Below, piece after piece: positions 10,162 to 16,786 of a DNA stretch of 32,000 nucleotides. The stretch lies in NCBI GenBank assembly GCA_049296095.1, contig JBAQRV010000001.1, positions 630,001 through 662,000 of the forward strand, written 5' to 3'. Made by a program: the position numbers and the translations under genes. The notes under the pieces were generated by a model. It saw nothing but the letters and a program-made list of their open reading frames with translations. It was not told the origin of the DNA and made no database searches. How positions within the stretch are numbered: position 1 is the first letter of the stretch; the number at the start of each line of letters is the position of its first letter. This stretch comes from Candidatus Saccharimonadota bacterium. Lineage in GTDB: Bacteria; Patescibacteriota; Saccharimonadia; Saccharimonadales; Saccharimonadaceae.

Positions 10162-10515
10162 CTACGCCAGGGCCGGTGTAGGGCCGAGGGCGTTGAAGCG
10201 GTAGATCAGGTAGGATGCTCCGTCGCACATGATCTTCTCGAGCTTGCCGATGTTGCGACCGGCTTGCCGAAGGCATCCCAAGATCTCTTTGACGTCCTGC
10301 TCGAGCTCGTCAGTTATCGGAGCTTGGAGTGTGGAGACTTCGAAGTGCTCACCGTCCAGGAAGTCATCTGGAAGACTCGTGTTCGGGTCTTTGATGACGT
10401 AGGTGAATTGCTTGGGACAGAAAATGCTGAGGCGGCTGCGACGAATCTCGACAGCGCGTTTCACATCCTGTTCGAGTGCATGCACGCGAGACGGAGTGAA
10501 GTGAATCGTTGTCAC
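10162..10515 (-). CDS. hypothetical protein, high-GC orphan (117 aa from the GTG start)
   Basis: Hand counts give about 56% G+C for 10141-10500 against about 37% upstream (10561-10680), and 81/117 third codon positions are G/C in this frame. SD GAAAGGA lies 5 nt before GTG 10515, so the tracked TTG 10536 is probably too long. LEQDVK occurs twice. No family recognised. Confidence 0.5.
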   Translation of the reverse strand: MTTIHFTPSRVHALEQDVKRAVEIRRSRLSIFCPKQFTYVIKDPNTSLPDDFLDGEHFEVSTLQAPITDELEQDVKEILGCLRQAGRNIGKLEKIMCDGASYLIYRFNALGPTPALA

Positions 10516-10534
10516 GGTATTCCTTTCTCTGCTC

Positions 10535-10570
10535 AAAAATTAAAACCGCCGAAAGATCTCTCTTTAGCGG
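10535..10570 (-). terminator. terminator-like hairpin plus U-tract inside the 5' leader of CDS 10162-10515 (possible attenuator)
   Basis: The minus strand reads CCGC-u-AAAGA-gaga-UCUUU-cg-GCGG followed by UUUUAAUUUUU. It lies between promoter 10651-10623 and the SD at about 10522-10528. The stem is imperfect (4 + 5 bp with an internal loop). Confidence 0.4.
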
Positions 10571-10622
10571 ATTCACTTCTTGCTGTACGGATGGTTTGGA
10601 TTCGTTGCAGTAAGACATATAG

Positions 10623-10651
10623 ATAATAGTCCTCTCGGTAGTGAAAATCAA
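10623..10651 (-). promoter_or_regulatory. sigma70-type promoter for the high-GC ORF
   Basis: The minus strand reads TTGATT (10651-10646), a 17-nt spacer, then TATTAT (10628-10623). Confidence 0.5.
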
Positions 10652-10690
10652 TAGAAGCTTATTCGTTCTCTCATATAATCGCCTATTGTA

Positions 10691-11299
10691 ATGTGCTATG
10701 ATTTATCCATGAATCAAACTCTTCCATCTGAACAAACAAATCCAGAGGTTATGCTACAAAGTCGAGCAAAACTTCAGAATAAAGTAACTTACTATTCAGG
10801 CATGACGACCCATAGTCAAGAGTATGCCCTATTAGAGTGGACGGAAGACGATCGCATTCGGCTTTATAAGACTAGCGTCGGGAAACTGCCTAGGCAGGAT
10901 CAACTTAACCTTATCTTGCAACCGGGGTCAGTGGCGCTTGATCAGCACGATACGGATCAGACTCAAGAACTGATTTTTGAAACCACTGTTGAAAAAATAG
11001 AAAAAGTGAGTGGTTGGCTTGGTATGATTATTTTTCGAATAAATGGTGAGAAATATCGAGTAGATTTCACACCCGGCCTTACTGGGCAACTGGGTACCCC
11101 TTGGCCCGGGGCGGCATTATTAAGTTCATCTGAAATAACGACAAAGGCTGGCCTTCAGGTTTGGCTAGCAGCGCTGAGGTCTAGCCAGGTAAAAGTATCT
11201 CACTGGAGTGCTGGAAAATTAGTTGGCATGACCGTCTTGGCTGTGGTCGGTATCACCATTCTGGCTGGCATAGCCTCGGCCATCTACCTGTTTGGCTAA
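10691..11299 (+). CDS. hypothetical tail-anchored membrane protein
   Basis: 202 aa, soluble N-terminal region with one C-terminal TM helix (LVGMTVLAVVGITILAGIASAIYLF). No recognised motif. The start is uncertain (ATG 10691 or 10709). TATAAT lies at 10674-10679. Confidence 0.55.
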   Translation: MCYDLSMNQTLPSEQTNPEVMLQSRAKLQNKVTYYSGMTTHSQEYALLEWTEDDRIRLYKTSVGKLPRQDQLNLILQPGSVALDQHDTDQTQELIFETTVEKIEKVSGWLGMIIFRINGEKYRVDFTPGLTGQLGTPWPGAALLSSSEITTKAGLQVWLAALRSSQVKVSHWSAGKLVGMTVLAVVGITILAGIASAIYLFG

Positions 11300-11358
11300 T
11301 TCGAAAAAAAGCGATGCGCCAGATGGTATTTGGGTACCCCTTAGCTCTGTTTATTGTA

Positions 11359-11396
11359 TTGGCACTCTTGACACGAGAGTGCCAACTTTCTATAAT
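11359..11396 (+). promoter_or_regulatory. CIRCE operator fused to the dnaK promoter
   Basis: TTgGCACTC-ttgacacga-GAGTGCcAA (11359-11385). TTGACA (11368-11373) sits inside the spacer, and TATAAT (11391-11396) follows 17 nt later. Confidence 0.9.
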
Positions 11397-11481
11397 GAGA
11401 GTACTTGGCAATCCCACAAGGAGAGTGCTAAAATAGAGATAAGAACTTTTACGAGATTCTAACAAAAGGAGAATAAGAAAT

Positions 11482-13377
11482 ATGGGTAAAATCATCGGAA
11501 TCGACCTCGGTACTACCAACAGCGCAGTCGCGTACATGGTAGCGGGTAAGCCGGAAGTTATTGCAAATGCGGAAGGTAACCGTACGACACCAAGTGTAGT
11601 AGCTATTAATAAAGGTGGCGAACGTTTGGTTGGACAAGTTGCCCAGCGTCAGCGGGTGACTAACGCAAAAAACACTATCTACGGTGTCAAGCGTCTGATT
11701 GGTCGTAAATTCAGCGACAAAGAGGTCCAAAAAGACCTCGACATTATGCCATACGAAATCGTCAAAAAGGGTGATGGCGTCGCGGTAAAGATGGGCGACA
11801 AAGAGTATTCACCAGAAGAAGTCTCGGCAATGATCCTTTCAAAGATTAAGGCTGATGCGGAAGCTTTCCTAGGCGAACCAGTCACCGAAGCCGTTATTAC
11901 GGTTCCTGCGTACTTCGATGACTCGCAACGACAAGCAACCAAAGACGCCGGTAAGATTGCTGGTTTGGAAGTAAAGCGTATTATTAACGAGCCAACTGCT
12001 GCGGCTTTGGCCTACGGTCTTGAGTCTAAGAAGGACGAAAAGATTGCTGTCTTCGACCTCGGTGGTGGTACGTTTGACGTTTCTATCCTGGAACTTGGTG
12101 ATGGTGTCTTTGAAGTGAAGTCTACCAACGGTGACACTCACCTTGGTGGTGAAGACTTTGACAACCGGATCGTGAATCACTTCCTCGATGTCTTTAAGAA
12201 TGAGCAAGGCATTGACCTAAAGTCTGACAAGGCTGCCATGCAACGTCTAAAGGACGAAGCTGAAAAGGCAAAGAAAGAGCTTTCGACAACGAATGAGACC
12301 GAGATTAACCTGCCATTCCTCACCGCTGATGCTGAAGGTCCAAAGCATTTTGAGTACAAGCTAACTCGAAGCAAGCTCGAAGAGTTGGTAAAGGATCTGA
12401 TCGATGGTGTGGCAAAACCTGTTGAAGCAGCACTAAAGGACGCTGGTCTGAAAACCTCAGACATCGACGAAATTGTCCTGGTTGGTGGTATGACCCGTAT
12501 GCCAGCAGTTGTTGAAAAGGTGAAAGCACTGTTTGGCAAAGAACCACTCAAGGGCGTAAACCCTGACGAAGTCGTGGCGATTGGTGCGGCTATCCAAGGC
12601 GGAGTTCTGGCTGGTGATGTCAAAGATGTTCTGTTGCTCGATGTCACCCCGCTATCACTCGGTATTGAAACCATGGGTGGTGTGGCAACGAAGGTGATCG
12701 AACGAAACACGACCGTTCCAACCTCTAAGTCTGAAACATTCTCGACTGCTGCTGACAATCAGCCACAAGTTGAAATCCATGTCACCCAGGGTGAGCGCGA
12801 GCTAGCGGCTGATAACAAGTCACTCGGCCGATTCATCCTCGATGGTATTGCGCCGGCCCCTCGGGGTATTCCGCAGATTGAAGTAACCTTTAACATCGAT
12901 GCTAATGGTATCTTGAATGTCACCGCGAAAGACAAAGGAACGGGTAAGGAGCAATCTATTACCATCTCTGATAGCGGCAACCTTTCAAAGGAAGATATCG
13001 AAAAAGCAGCAAAAGATGCAGAGATGCACGCTGATGAGGACAAGAAAAAGCGTGAAGCTATTGACGCTCGAAACGGTCTGGAAAGCGCGATTTACCAAGC
13101 TGAAAAAATGCCTGATGAATTCAAGGACAAGATTAGCGACGAAGACAAGAAGGTCATTACCGACGCTGTCGAAGAAGCTAAGAAACACAAGGATTCAGAG
13201 GATAAAGAAGAACTTGAAGCCGCTGGCAAAGCATTGAACGATGCGATCATGCCAATTGGCGCAAAGATGTATGAAGCTGCTAAAGAGGATGCACCTGCCT
13301 CTGAAGAGGGTGCTGAGAAGAAGGACGACGGGCCTGTTGAGGGCGAGGTTGTTGAGGAAAAGAAGGACAAAAAGTAA
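11482..13377 (+). CDS. dnaK: molecular chaperone DnaK (Hsp70)
   Basis: Hsp70 signatures [22 protein letters not shown] and [10 protein letters not shown], with an acidic C-terminal tail. SD AAGGAG lies 10 nt upstream. Confidence 0.98.
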   Translation: MGKIIGIDLGTTNSAVAYMVAGKPEVIANAEGNRTTPSVVAINKGGERLVGQVAQRQRVTNAKNTIYGVKRLIGRKFSDKEVQKDLDIMPYEIVKKGDGVAVKMGDKEYSPEEVSAMILSKIKADAEAFLGEPVTEAVITVPAYFDDSQRQATKDAGKIAGLEVKRIINEPTAAALAYGLESKKDEKIAVFDLGGGTFDVSILELGDGVFEVKSTNGDTHLGGEDFDNRIVNHFLDVFKNEQGIDLKSDKAAMQRLKDEAEKAKKELSTTNETEINLPFLTADAEGPKHFEYKLTRSKLEELVKDLIDGVAKPVEAALKDAGLKTSDIDEIVLVGGMTRMPAVVEKVKALFGKEPLKGVNPDEVVAIGAAIQGGVLAGDVKDVLLLDVTPLSLGIETMGGVATKVIERNTTVPTSKSETFSTAADNQPQVEIHVTQGERELAADNKSLGRFILDGIAPAPRGIPQIEVTFNIDANGILNVTAKDKGTGKEQSITISDSGNLSKEDIEKAAKDAEMHADEDKKKREAIDARNGLESAIYQAEKMPDEFKDKISDEDKKVITDAVEEAKKHKDSEDKEELEAAGKALNDAIMPIGAKMYEAAKEDAPASEEGAEKKDDGPVEGEVVEEKKDKK

Positions 13378-13397
13378 TCTCAAAACAAAAAAGAAAA

Positions 13398-13427
13398 ATA
13401 GCCAGCAGAGATGCTGGCTATTTTATT
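13398..13427 (+). terminator. rho-independent terminator of dnaK
   Basis: ATAGCCAGC-agagat-GCTGGCTAT is a 9-bp stem followed by TTTTATT. Confidence 0.8.
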
Positions 13428-13440
13428 GACTAGAAGGGGG

Positions 13441-13478
13441 CTACCCGCTCCCGTGACCAAAGCCACGAGAGCGGGTAG
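13441..13478 (-). terminator. GC-rich hairpin without U-tract downstream of the high-GC ORF
   Basis: CTACCCGCTC...GAGCGGGTAG is a perfect 10-bp stem with inner CGTG/CACG pairing. It begins 10 nt past the stop of CDS 13488-13844. Confidence 0.5.
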
Positions 13479-13487
13479 TGTGCGACG

Positions 13488-13844
13488 TCAGTCGGTGCGT
13501 TCAGTCCAGGCGAAGTAGCCCGGAAGGAAGTACCCGACGCGCGTCTGCACGTTGTAGAACCCGATGGCAGTCCAGCCCGTCCAGGAACGACCGGTGTTGG
13601 CGTGGTCGATCTGGATGTTGGCCTGAACCATCACCATGCCGCGCATCCCAGACTCATAGAGCAGTCCAGTGATCTGGGCACGGATCGGGAGGCTCACCTT
13701 CATGTGGTCGTCGGCCCAGTGGCCGGCGAACTCCACGGTGAAGTCCGGGTGGGACGGGTCGAACGCGTACTTCCACGCGTCAGCCAACTCGTCGTCGTTC
13801 GGACCTCTGGTGATCTCGATCTTTCGGGGGGTTGTGGTGGACAT
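13488..13844 (-). CDS. hypothetical protein, strongly high-GC orphan (118 aa)
   Basis: Hand count gives about 61% G+C over 13501-13860, and 101/118 third positions are G/C. SD AAAGGTG lies 6 nt before ATG 13844 (the tracked GTG 13853 overlaps the SD). No family motif recognised. Confidence 0.6.
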   Translation of the reverse strand: MSTTTPRKIEITRGPNDDELADAWKYAFDPSHPDFTVEFAGHWADDHMKVSLPIRAQITGLLYESGMRGMVMVQANIQIDHANTGRSWTGWTAIGFYNVQTRVGYFLPGYFAWTERTD

Positions 13845-13943
13845 ACGTCGCACCTTTCTACTACGCCGATGGGAGCCCGGCGTGGCTCGTTGTTTTGGAC
13901 TTTACTCCGCAACCACCCCATCATACGACGAGGAATTGTGCTT

Positions 13944-13972
13944 ACTATAGCAAAAAAGTAACAAAAAGTCAA
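13944..13972 (-). promoter_or_regulatory. sigma70-type promoter for the high-GC ORF 13488-13844
   Basis: The minus strand reads TTGACT (13972-13967), a 17-nt spacer, then TATAGT (13949-13944). This leaves a GC-rich leader of about 90 nt. Confidence 0.6.
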
Positions 13973-14221
13973 TATAAGGCTTGCGCTTAATAGGAGTATA
14001 TAGTATGGTTTATTTATGAACCGTTTTAATTCATATCAACTCCCAGCCATCGTCACCGGCAAAATGCTCGGCGGCTTTGCTGATGGTATGACTTATCTCA
14101 ACTCTTAATTGATTACAATATATTGACGCAGGATAAGTCTCCAAGATAAAGGAGACTTTTAAATACTTGGGGACTGATCCGGTCTCGAAATACGAGACCA
14201 ATAAAAAGAAAGGAGAGGCCA

Positions 14222-14887
14222 ATGTCATTTGGACCTTACATGCGGTTCCCTGTGGGAGATCTCGTGATTGAACTTGCGCCGTTAGCGCGTGAGGACATGA
14301 AGAAGTTTATCCCAGGTATGCAAAAGGCGAGTATTGATCGATACCTCGTTCATCATGTTGCCTTTGTTCTGGAAGACGAAGAAGCATGGTTCGATCGAAC
14401 TCGAGAAGATCAGACGAACATTGTCTGGGGAATCTGGCTGATCGAAGGTAAGAAGCGAACACTGATTGGAAACAGTGCGCTACATGATATCTCTCGCAGG
14501 CACATCCACCAGGCAAGTAGCGGTTCGCTCATTTTCCGCGAGGATCTGTGGGGAAAGGGCATTGCCAGTACCGCCCACAAGGCGCGCACTTGGTATGCCT
14601 TCCACGAGCTTGGACTGCACAGAATCAAGTCGTCGGTTCTCCATGGTAATTATGGAAGTCTGAAGGCTTTGCAGCGTTCTGGGTATGAGGTGGCAAATGT
14701 CGAGCGCAACACGGCGTTCGTGAGCGGCCGATTGATTCATCAGGATAATCTTGAATGTCTCAATCCGAACGAGCCTTTCTGGACCCAGTGGTGGCACGGG
14801 GAACGCCCGAGCAAGCGAGCAGTCGCTGCTAGAGTGCTCACTCGTGAAGCCTTGGCTTGGGCCGAGAAGAATGTGGAACTTCTTTAA
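14222..14887 (+). CDS. GNAT family N-acetyltransferase (RimJ/RimL-like)
   Basis: 221 aa. The acetyl-CoA-binding core WGKGIASTAHKARTWYAFHELGLHRIKSSVLHGNYGSLKALQRSGYE fits the GNAT Q/RxxGxG/A region. SD AAGGAGAG lies 4-5 nt upstream. There is a C-terminal extension of about 45 aa. Confidence 0.8.
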   Translation: MSFGPYMRFPVGDLVIELAPLAREDMKKFIPGMQKASIDRYLVHHVAFVLEDEEAWFDRTREDQTNIVWGIWLIEGKKRTLIGNSALHDISRRHIHQASSGSLIFREDLWGKGIASTAHKARTWYAFHELGLHRIKSSVLHGNYGSLKALQRSGYEVANVERNTAFVSGRLIHQDNLECLNPNEPFWTQWWHGERPSKRAVAARVLTREALAWAEKNVELL

Positions 14888-14898
14888 TAAACCACAAA

Positions 14899-14926
14899 AG
14901 CCCCGCCACATTCCAGTGGCGGGGCT
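14899..14926. terminator. bidirectional terminator between the GNAT and HTH genes
   Basis: AGCCCCGCCAC-attcca-GTGGCGGGGCT is an 11-bp stem. It is flanked by an A-run on the left, which gives a U-tract for the minus-strand transcript. Confidence 0.7.
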
Positions 14927-15001
14927 CATAATATATTCAGAAATGAAAGCACCATGTGGACGCAGGGCTGGATTGCCAGACGTCCACACGGTGTGGTGTT
15001 G

Positions 15002-15349
15002 TTACGAAGCGATGACCTCTTTGCACCCGTTGTTGCACTTGCCGTTGGATGGCAAGATGTAGTTGCATGAGGGACAGGGCTTCTCAGTACGCTTTTCGTC
15101 GATATCCGCGATCGGGCGTCCGGTTTTAGCCGGCCTGCCGAGGTGCGAGAGTTCGATTGCGTCGAACAGGGTGTGGGTCTGCGACTCTAGTCCTGCTGCG
15201 ATCGCCTTGGCGACGTCGAACCGCGTTTTGTATCCGTTCGGTGTTTCTGCTTCGATCCCGCGGATCGTCGTTTCAGCGATACCAGATCGCTTAGCGACCT
15301 CTGCGATGCTAAGGCCGAGTTCCCGACGACGAATTTCAATCTTATGCAA
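15002..15349 (-). CDS. XRE-family HTH regulator with a C-terminal Cys4 zinc-ribbon-like tail (115 aa)
   Basis: HTH_3-like IRRRELGLSIAEVAKRSGIAETTIRGIE, with C-terminal CPSC-x10-CNNGC. SD GGGAGG (15362-15357) lies 7 nt before TTG 15349. The tracked 199-aa ORF runs through this gene's own promoter and the neighbour's terminator, so it is too long. About 57% G+C by hand count. Confidence 0.7.
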   Translation of the reverse strand: MHKIEIRRRELGLSIAEVAKRSGIAETTIRGIEAETPNGYKTRFDVAKAIAAGLESQTHTLFDAIELSHLGRPAKTGRPIADIDEKRTEKPCPSCNYILPSNGKCNNGCKEVIAS

Positions 15350-15398
15350 CTCTTTGCCTCCCGAGGCAGTAGGTGTTACTGAAAAGAACAACGAGTGG

Positions 15399-15427
15399 AT
15401 TATAGCATATCTAAACGAAAAAGTCAA
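15399..15427 (-). promoter_or_regulatory. sigma70-type promoter of the XRE gene
   Basis: The minus strand reads TTGACT (15427-15422), a 17-nt spacer, then TATAAT (15404-15399). Confidence 0.65.
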
Positions 15428-15555
15428 TAGTATATCACCTTTATGTAGATAGTAGGTGCACAACAAGATTAGAGGAGATGGCTCCTGATGGTGTGGTTGT
15501 GCTCTTATTTCTGCGGCGACTGGTACGAGGTAGTCATAAAGCTTAATTGTTTCTA

Positions 15556-15588
15556 TTAAAAAATCCCGCCTCGTTGTGGGCGGGATTT
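15556..15588 (-). terminator. rho-independent terminator of the Asn/Thr-rich protein gene
   Basis: AAATCCCGCC-tcgttgtg-GGCGGGATTT is a 10-bp stem. On the minus strand it is followed by UUUUUUAAU. Confidence 0.85.
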
Positions 15589-15606
15589 TAGTAGGACGCA
15601 ATCTAT

Positions 15607-16269
15607 TTAGAGTACGTCGATGCCGTCGTTGTCGATAACGTTTACTGTAGTAGTGTCGTCATCGCTCACGGTGTTACCTGAGTTGTTCACTGAGTTGTTT
15701 GAAGCGTCAGTATTTACTGTGGTGTCGTTGTTGTTGTTTTGGTTGTTCGTGTTGCCATTGTCTTGGATAGTAGTAACAGTGTTCACGGTGTTAGTAGTGT
15801 TTGTTGTGGTGTTAGTCTGACTTTGGTGGTTTGAGTTGTCATTACCGTTGTTTGCAACGATCACTGGGGCAAAGGTGTTGCCGTTATCTTTGACGATAGT
15901 AGTGCTCTTTGAGTAGCTGTTGCCATTGTTTTTGCTGATATTCCAAGTAGTATTTGTGGTTGTTGTATTGTTGTTAGTGGTATTGAATGAGCCGCTAATA
16001 CTTGCAAGACCCATTACGCTGCCGAGTCCAACAGTACCAGTTGCTGGAGTGGTGGTGACTGCTGCTTCCTCTTCCTCAGGAGCTACACAGACGCTGACAC
16101 CACTTTGCGCGTTGTTGTTCTGGGTGGTGAGCGCACTTGCTGAACTTCCGTTCATGAGTGACATAATAATTACTGTTGATAAGATGACCGCTGTAACGAT
16201 TGAACCGAACATGACGGCACCGAACATTAACATTTGATTTTGGTTGGTGGTTGTGGCTTGTAAGCTCAT
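15607..16269 (-). CDS. secreted or surface Asn/Thr-rich low-complexity protein
   Basis: 220 aa. It has an N-terminal hydrophobic segment followed by SSASA (a signal-peptidase-like site). The rest is N/T-rich with recurring (V/I)xDNGNT-type motifs (IVKDNGNT, IQDNGNT, NNSGNT, IDNDG). SD GGGAG lies upstream and there is a strong terminator. Confidence 0.65.
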   Translation of the reverse strand: MSLQATTTNQNQMLMFGAVMFGSIVTAVILSTVIIMSLMNGSSASALTTQNNNAQSGVSVCVAPEEEEAAVTTTPATGTVGLGSVMGLASISGSFNTTNNNTTTTNTTWNISKNNGNSYSKSTTIVKDNGNTFAPVIVANNGNDNSNHQSQTNTTTNTTNTVNTVTTIQDNGNTNNQNNNNDTTVNTDASNNSVNNSGNTVSDDDTTTVNVIDNDGIDVL

Positions 16270-16361
16270 TTCCTTATACTCCCTTTCTCTCGCAGAGAAA
16301 ATTTAAGTTATCGAGAACCCTCACCATTCCTTGATCATTATCGTACGCCTCACAAAAATAT

Positions 16362-16390
16362 TTGACAATACTTAATTTATATTTTATTAC
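16362..16390 (+). promoter_or_regulatory. candidate promoter in the divergent region (SemiSWEET side); the -35 overlaps a minus-strand TTGTCA
   Basis: TTGACA (16362-16367), a 17-nt spacer, then TATTAC (16385-16390). The reverse-strand TTGTCA (16368-16363), a 17-nt spacer and TACGAT could serve the Asn/Thr-rich gene. GATAAT 16409-16414, 6 nt before ATG 16421, is an alternative -10. Confidence 0.3.
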
Positions 16391-16420
16391 GCTTATGTTT
16401 CGGGGTCTGATAATGGGATT

Positions 16421-16744
16421 ATGGTAGACTGGTACTCAATGGGCAAGAAACGTCAAAAACCAAAAATCAGTCTTAAAAATAAAGAACACAAGTATATTAT
16501 TGACCGTGTCATCTTGTTTACCGGTTTAATTGGGCCAATTGCAAGTATCCCTCAGGCTATCGAGATATATAGTTTACAGGATGCACAAGGTGTCTCAATT
16601 ATTACATGGAGCTTCTTTATTATCACAAACGCTTCACTATTGATCTATGCGCTCGTGCATAAGTTGCCAGCGTTGATTGTTAGTAATATTTGTTGGGTGA
16701 TTATTGAGGTCGTTGTCGTTGTTGGCATTGTCATGTACTCTTAG
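16421..16744 (+). CDS. SemiSWEET / PQ-loop family small sugar transporter
   Basis: 107 aa: a basic N-terminus followed by three TM helices, with the PQ motif (GPIASIPQAIEIY) in TM1. Size and topology fit bacterial SemiSWEETs. The stop codon lies inside the dnaJ CIRCE. Confidence 0.65.
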   Translation: MVDWYSMGKKRQKPKISLKNKEHKYIIDRVILFTGLIGPIASIPQAIEIYSLQDAQGVSIITWSFFIITNASLLIYALVHKLPALIVSNICWVIIEVVVVVGIVMYS

Positions 16745-16778
16745 CACTCTAGACATTTGAGTGCTAGTTTTATATACT
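16741..16778 (+). promoter_or_regulatory. CIRCE operator fused to the dnaJ promoter
   Basis: TTAGCACTC-tagacattt-GAGTGCTAg (16741-16767). TAGACA (16750-16755) sits in the spacer, and TATACT (16773-16778) follows 17 nt later, 8 nt before ATG 16787. No SD. Confidence 0.85.
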
Positions 16779-16786
16779 AGTAACAG

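Noticed and set aside
10264-10651. ORFs 10264-10626 (+) and 10364-10651 (-) overlapping the high-GC gene
   Set aside because: Same stop-codon paucity artefact. ORF 10364-10651 runs through the promoter and the terminator-like hairpin, and its ATG 10618 lies only 4 nt after the -10 box.
12177-12758. 193-aa ORF antisense to dnaK, with similar shadow ORFs inside ftsH, lepA, dnaJ, murT and the AAA+ gene (for example 4090-4482, 7184-7459, 17171-17584, 23653-23871, 25295-25600, 25994-26335)
   Set aside because: They lie wholly inside strongly supported genes on the opposite strand or in another frame. They have low-complexity Ser/Thr/Arg-rich translations and no SD or promoter.
13478-13972. Four extra overlapping ORFs in the high-GC patch (13478-13672 +, 13602-13961 +, 13669-13950 +, 13700-13972 -)
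   Set aside because: High GC suppresses stop codons in all frames. Only frame 13488-13844 (-) shows the strong third-position G/C bias (101/118) and an SD. The others are Arg/Pro/Ser-rich.
14016-14887. 30-aa peptide plus RimL-like GNAT as a microcin C-like peptide and immunity module
   Set aside because: No MccB/ThiF-like adenylyltransferase or exporter is nearby. The peptide does not end in Asn, and its GG is not in a recognisable double-glycine leader context.
14480-14989. 169-aa ORF antisense to the GNAT gene
   Set aside because: It is entirely antisense to a gene with clear GNAT motifs and extends across the bidirectional terminator. No start signals are present.
14222-15349. GNAT plus HTH regulator as a GNAT-type toxin-antitoxin pair
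   Set aside because: The genes converge and are separated by a bidirectional terminator. The GNAT is RimJ/RimL-sized (221 aa) with its own leader, and the regulator is XRE type with a separate promoter. This does not match the upstream-antitoxin operon layout of known GNAT/RHH systems.
15350-15601. N-terminal 84 residues of tracked ORF 15002-15601
   Set aside because: This part crosses the neighbour's rho-independent terminator (15556-15588) and the gene's own TTGACT-17-TATAAT promoter. It is AT-rich, unlike the CDS. GGGAGG plus TTG 15349 gives a coherent HTH protein.
15620-16237. GTT/GTG-rich repetitive DNA and plus-strand ORFs 15620-15820 and 15920-16237 as a possible tandem repeat or separate genes
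   Set aside because: The repetition is codon-level low complexity (AAC/ACC/AAT on the coding minus strand) with no fixed period. The plus-strand ORFs are Val/Leu shadow frames of the Asn/Thr-rich gene.
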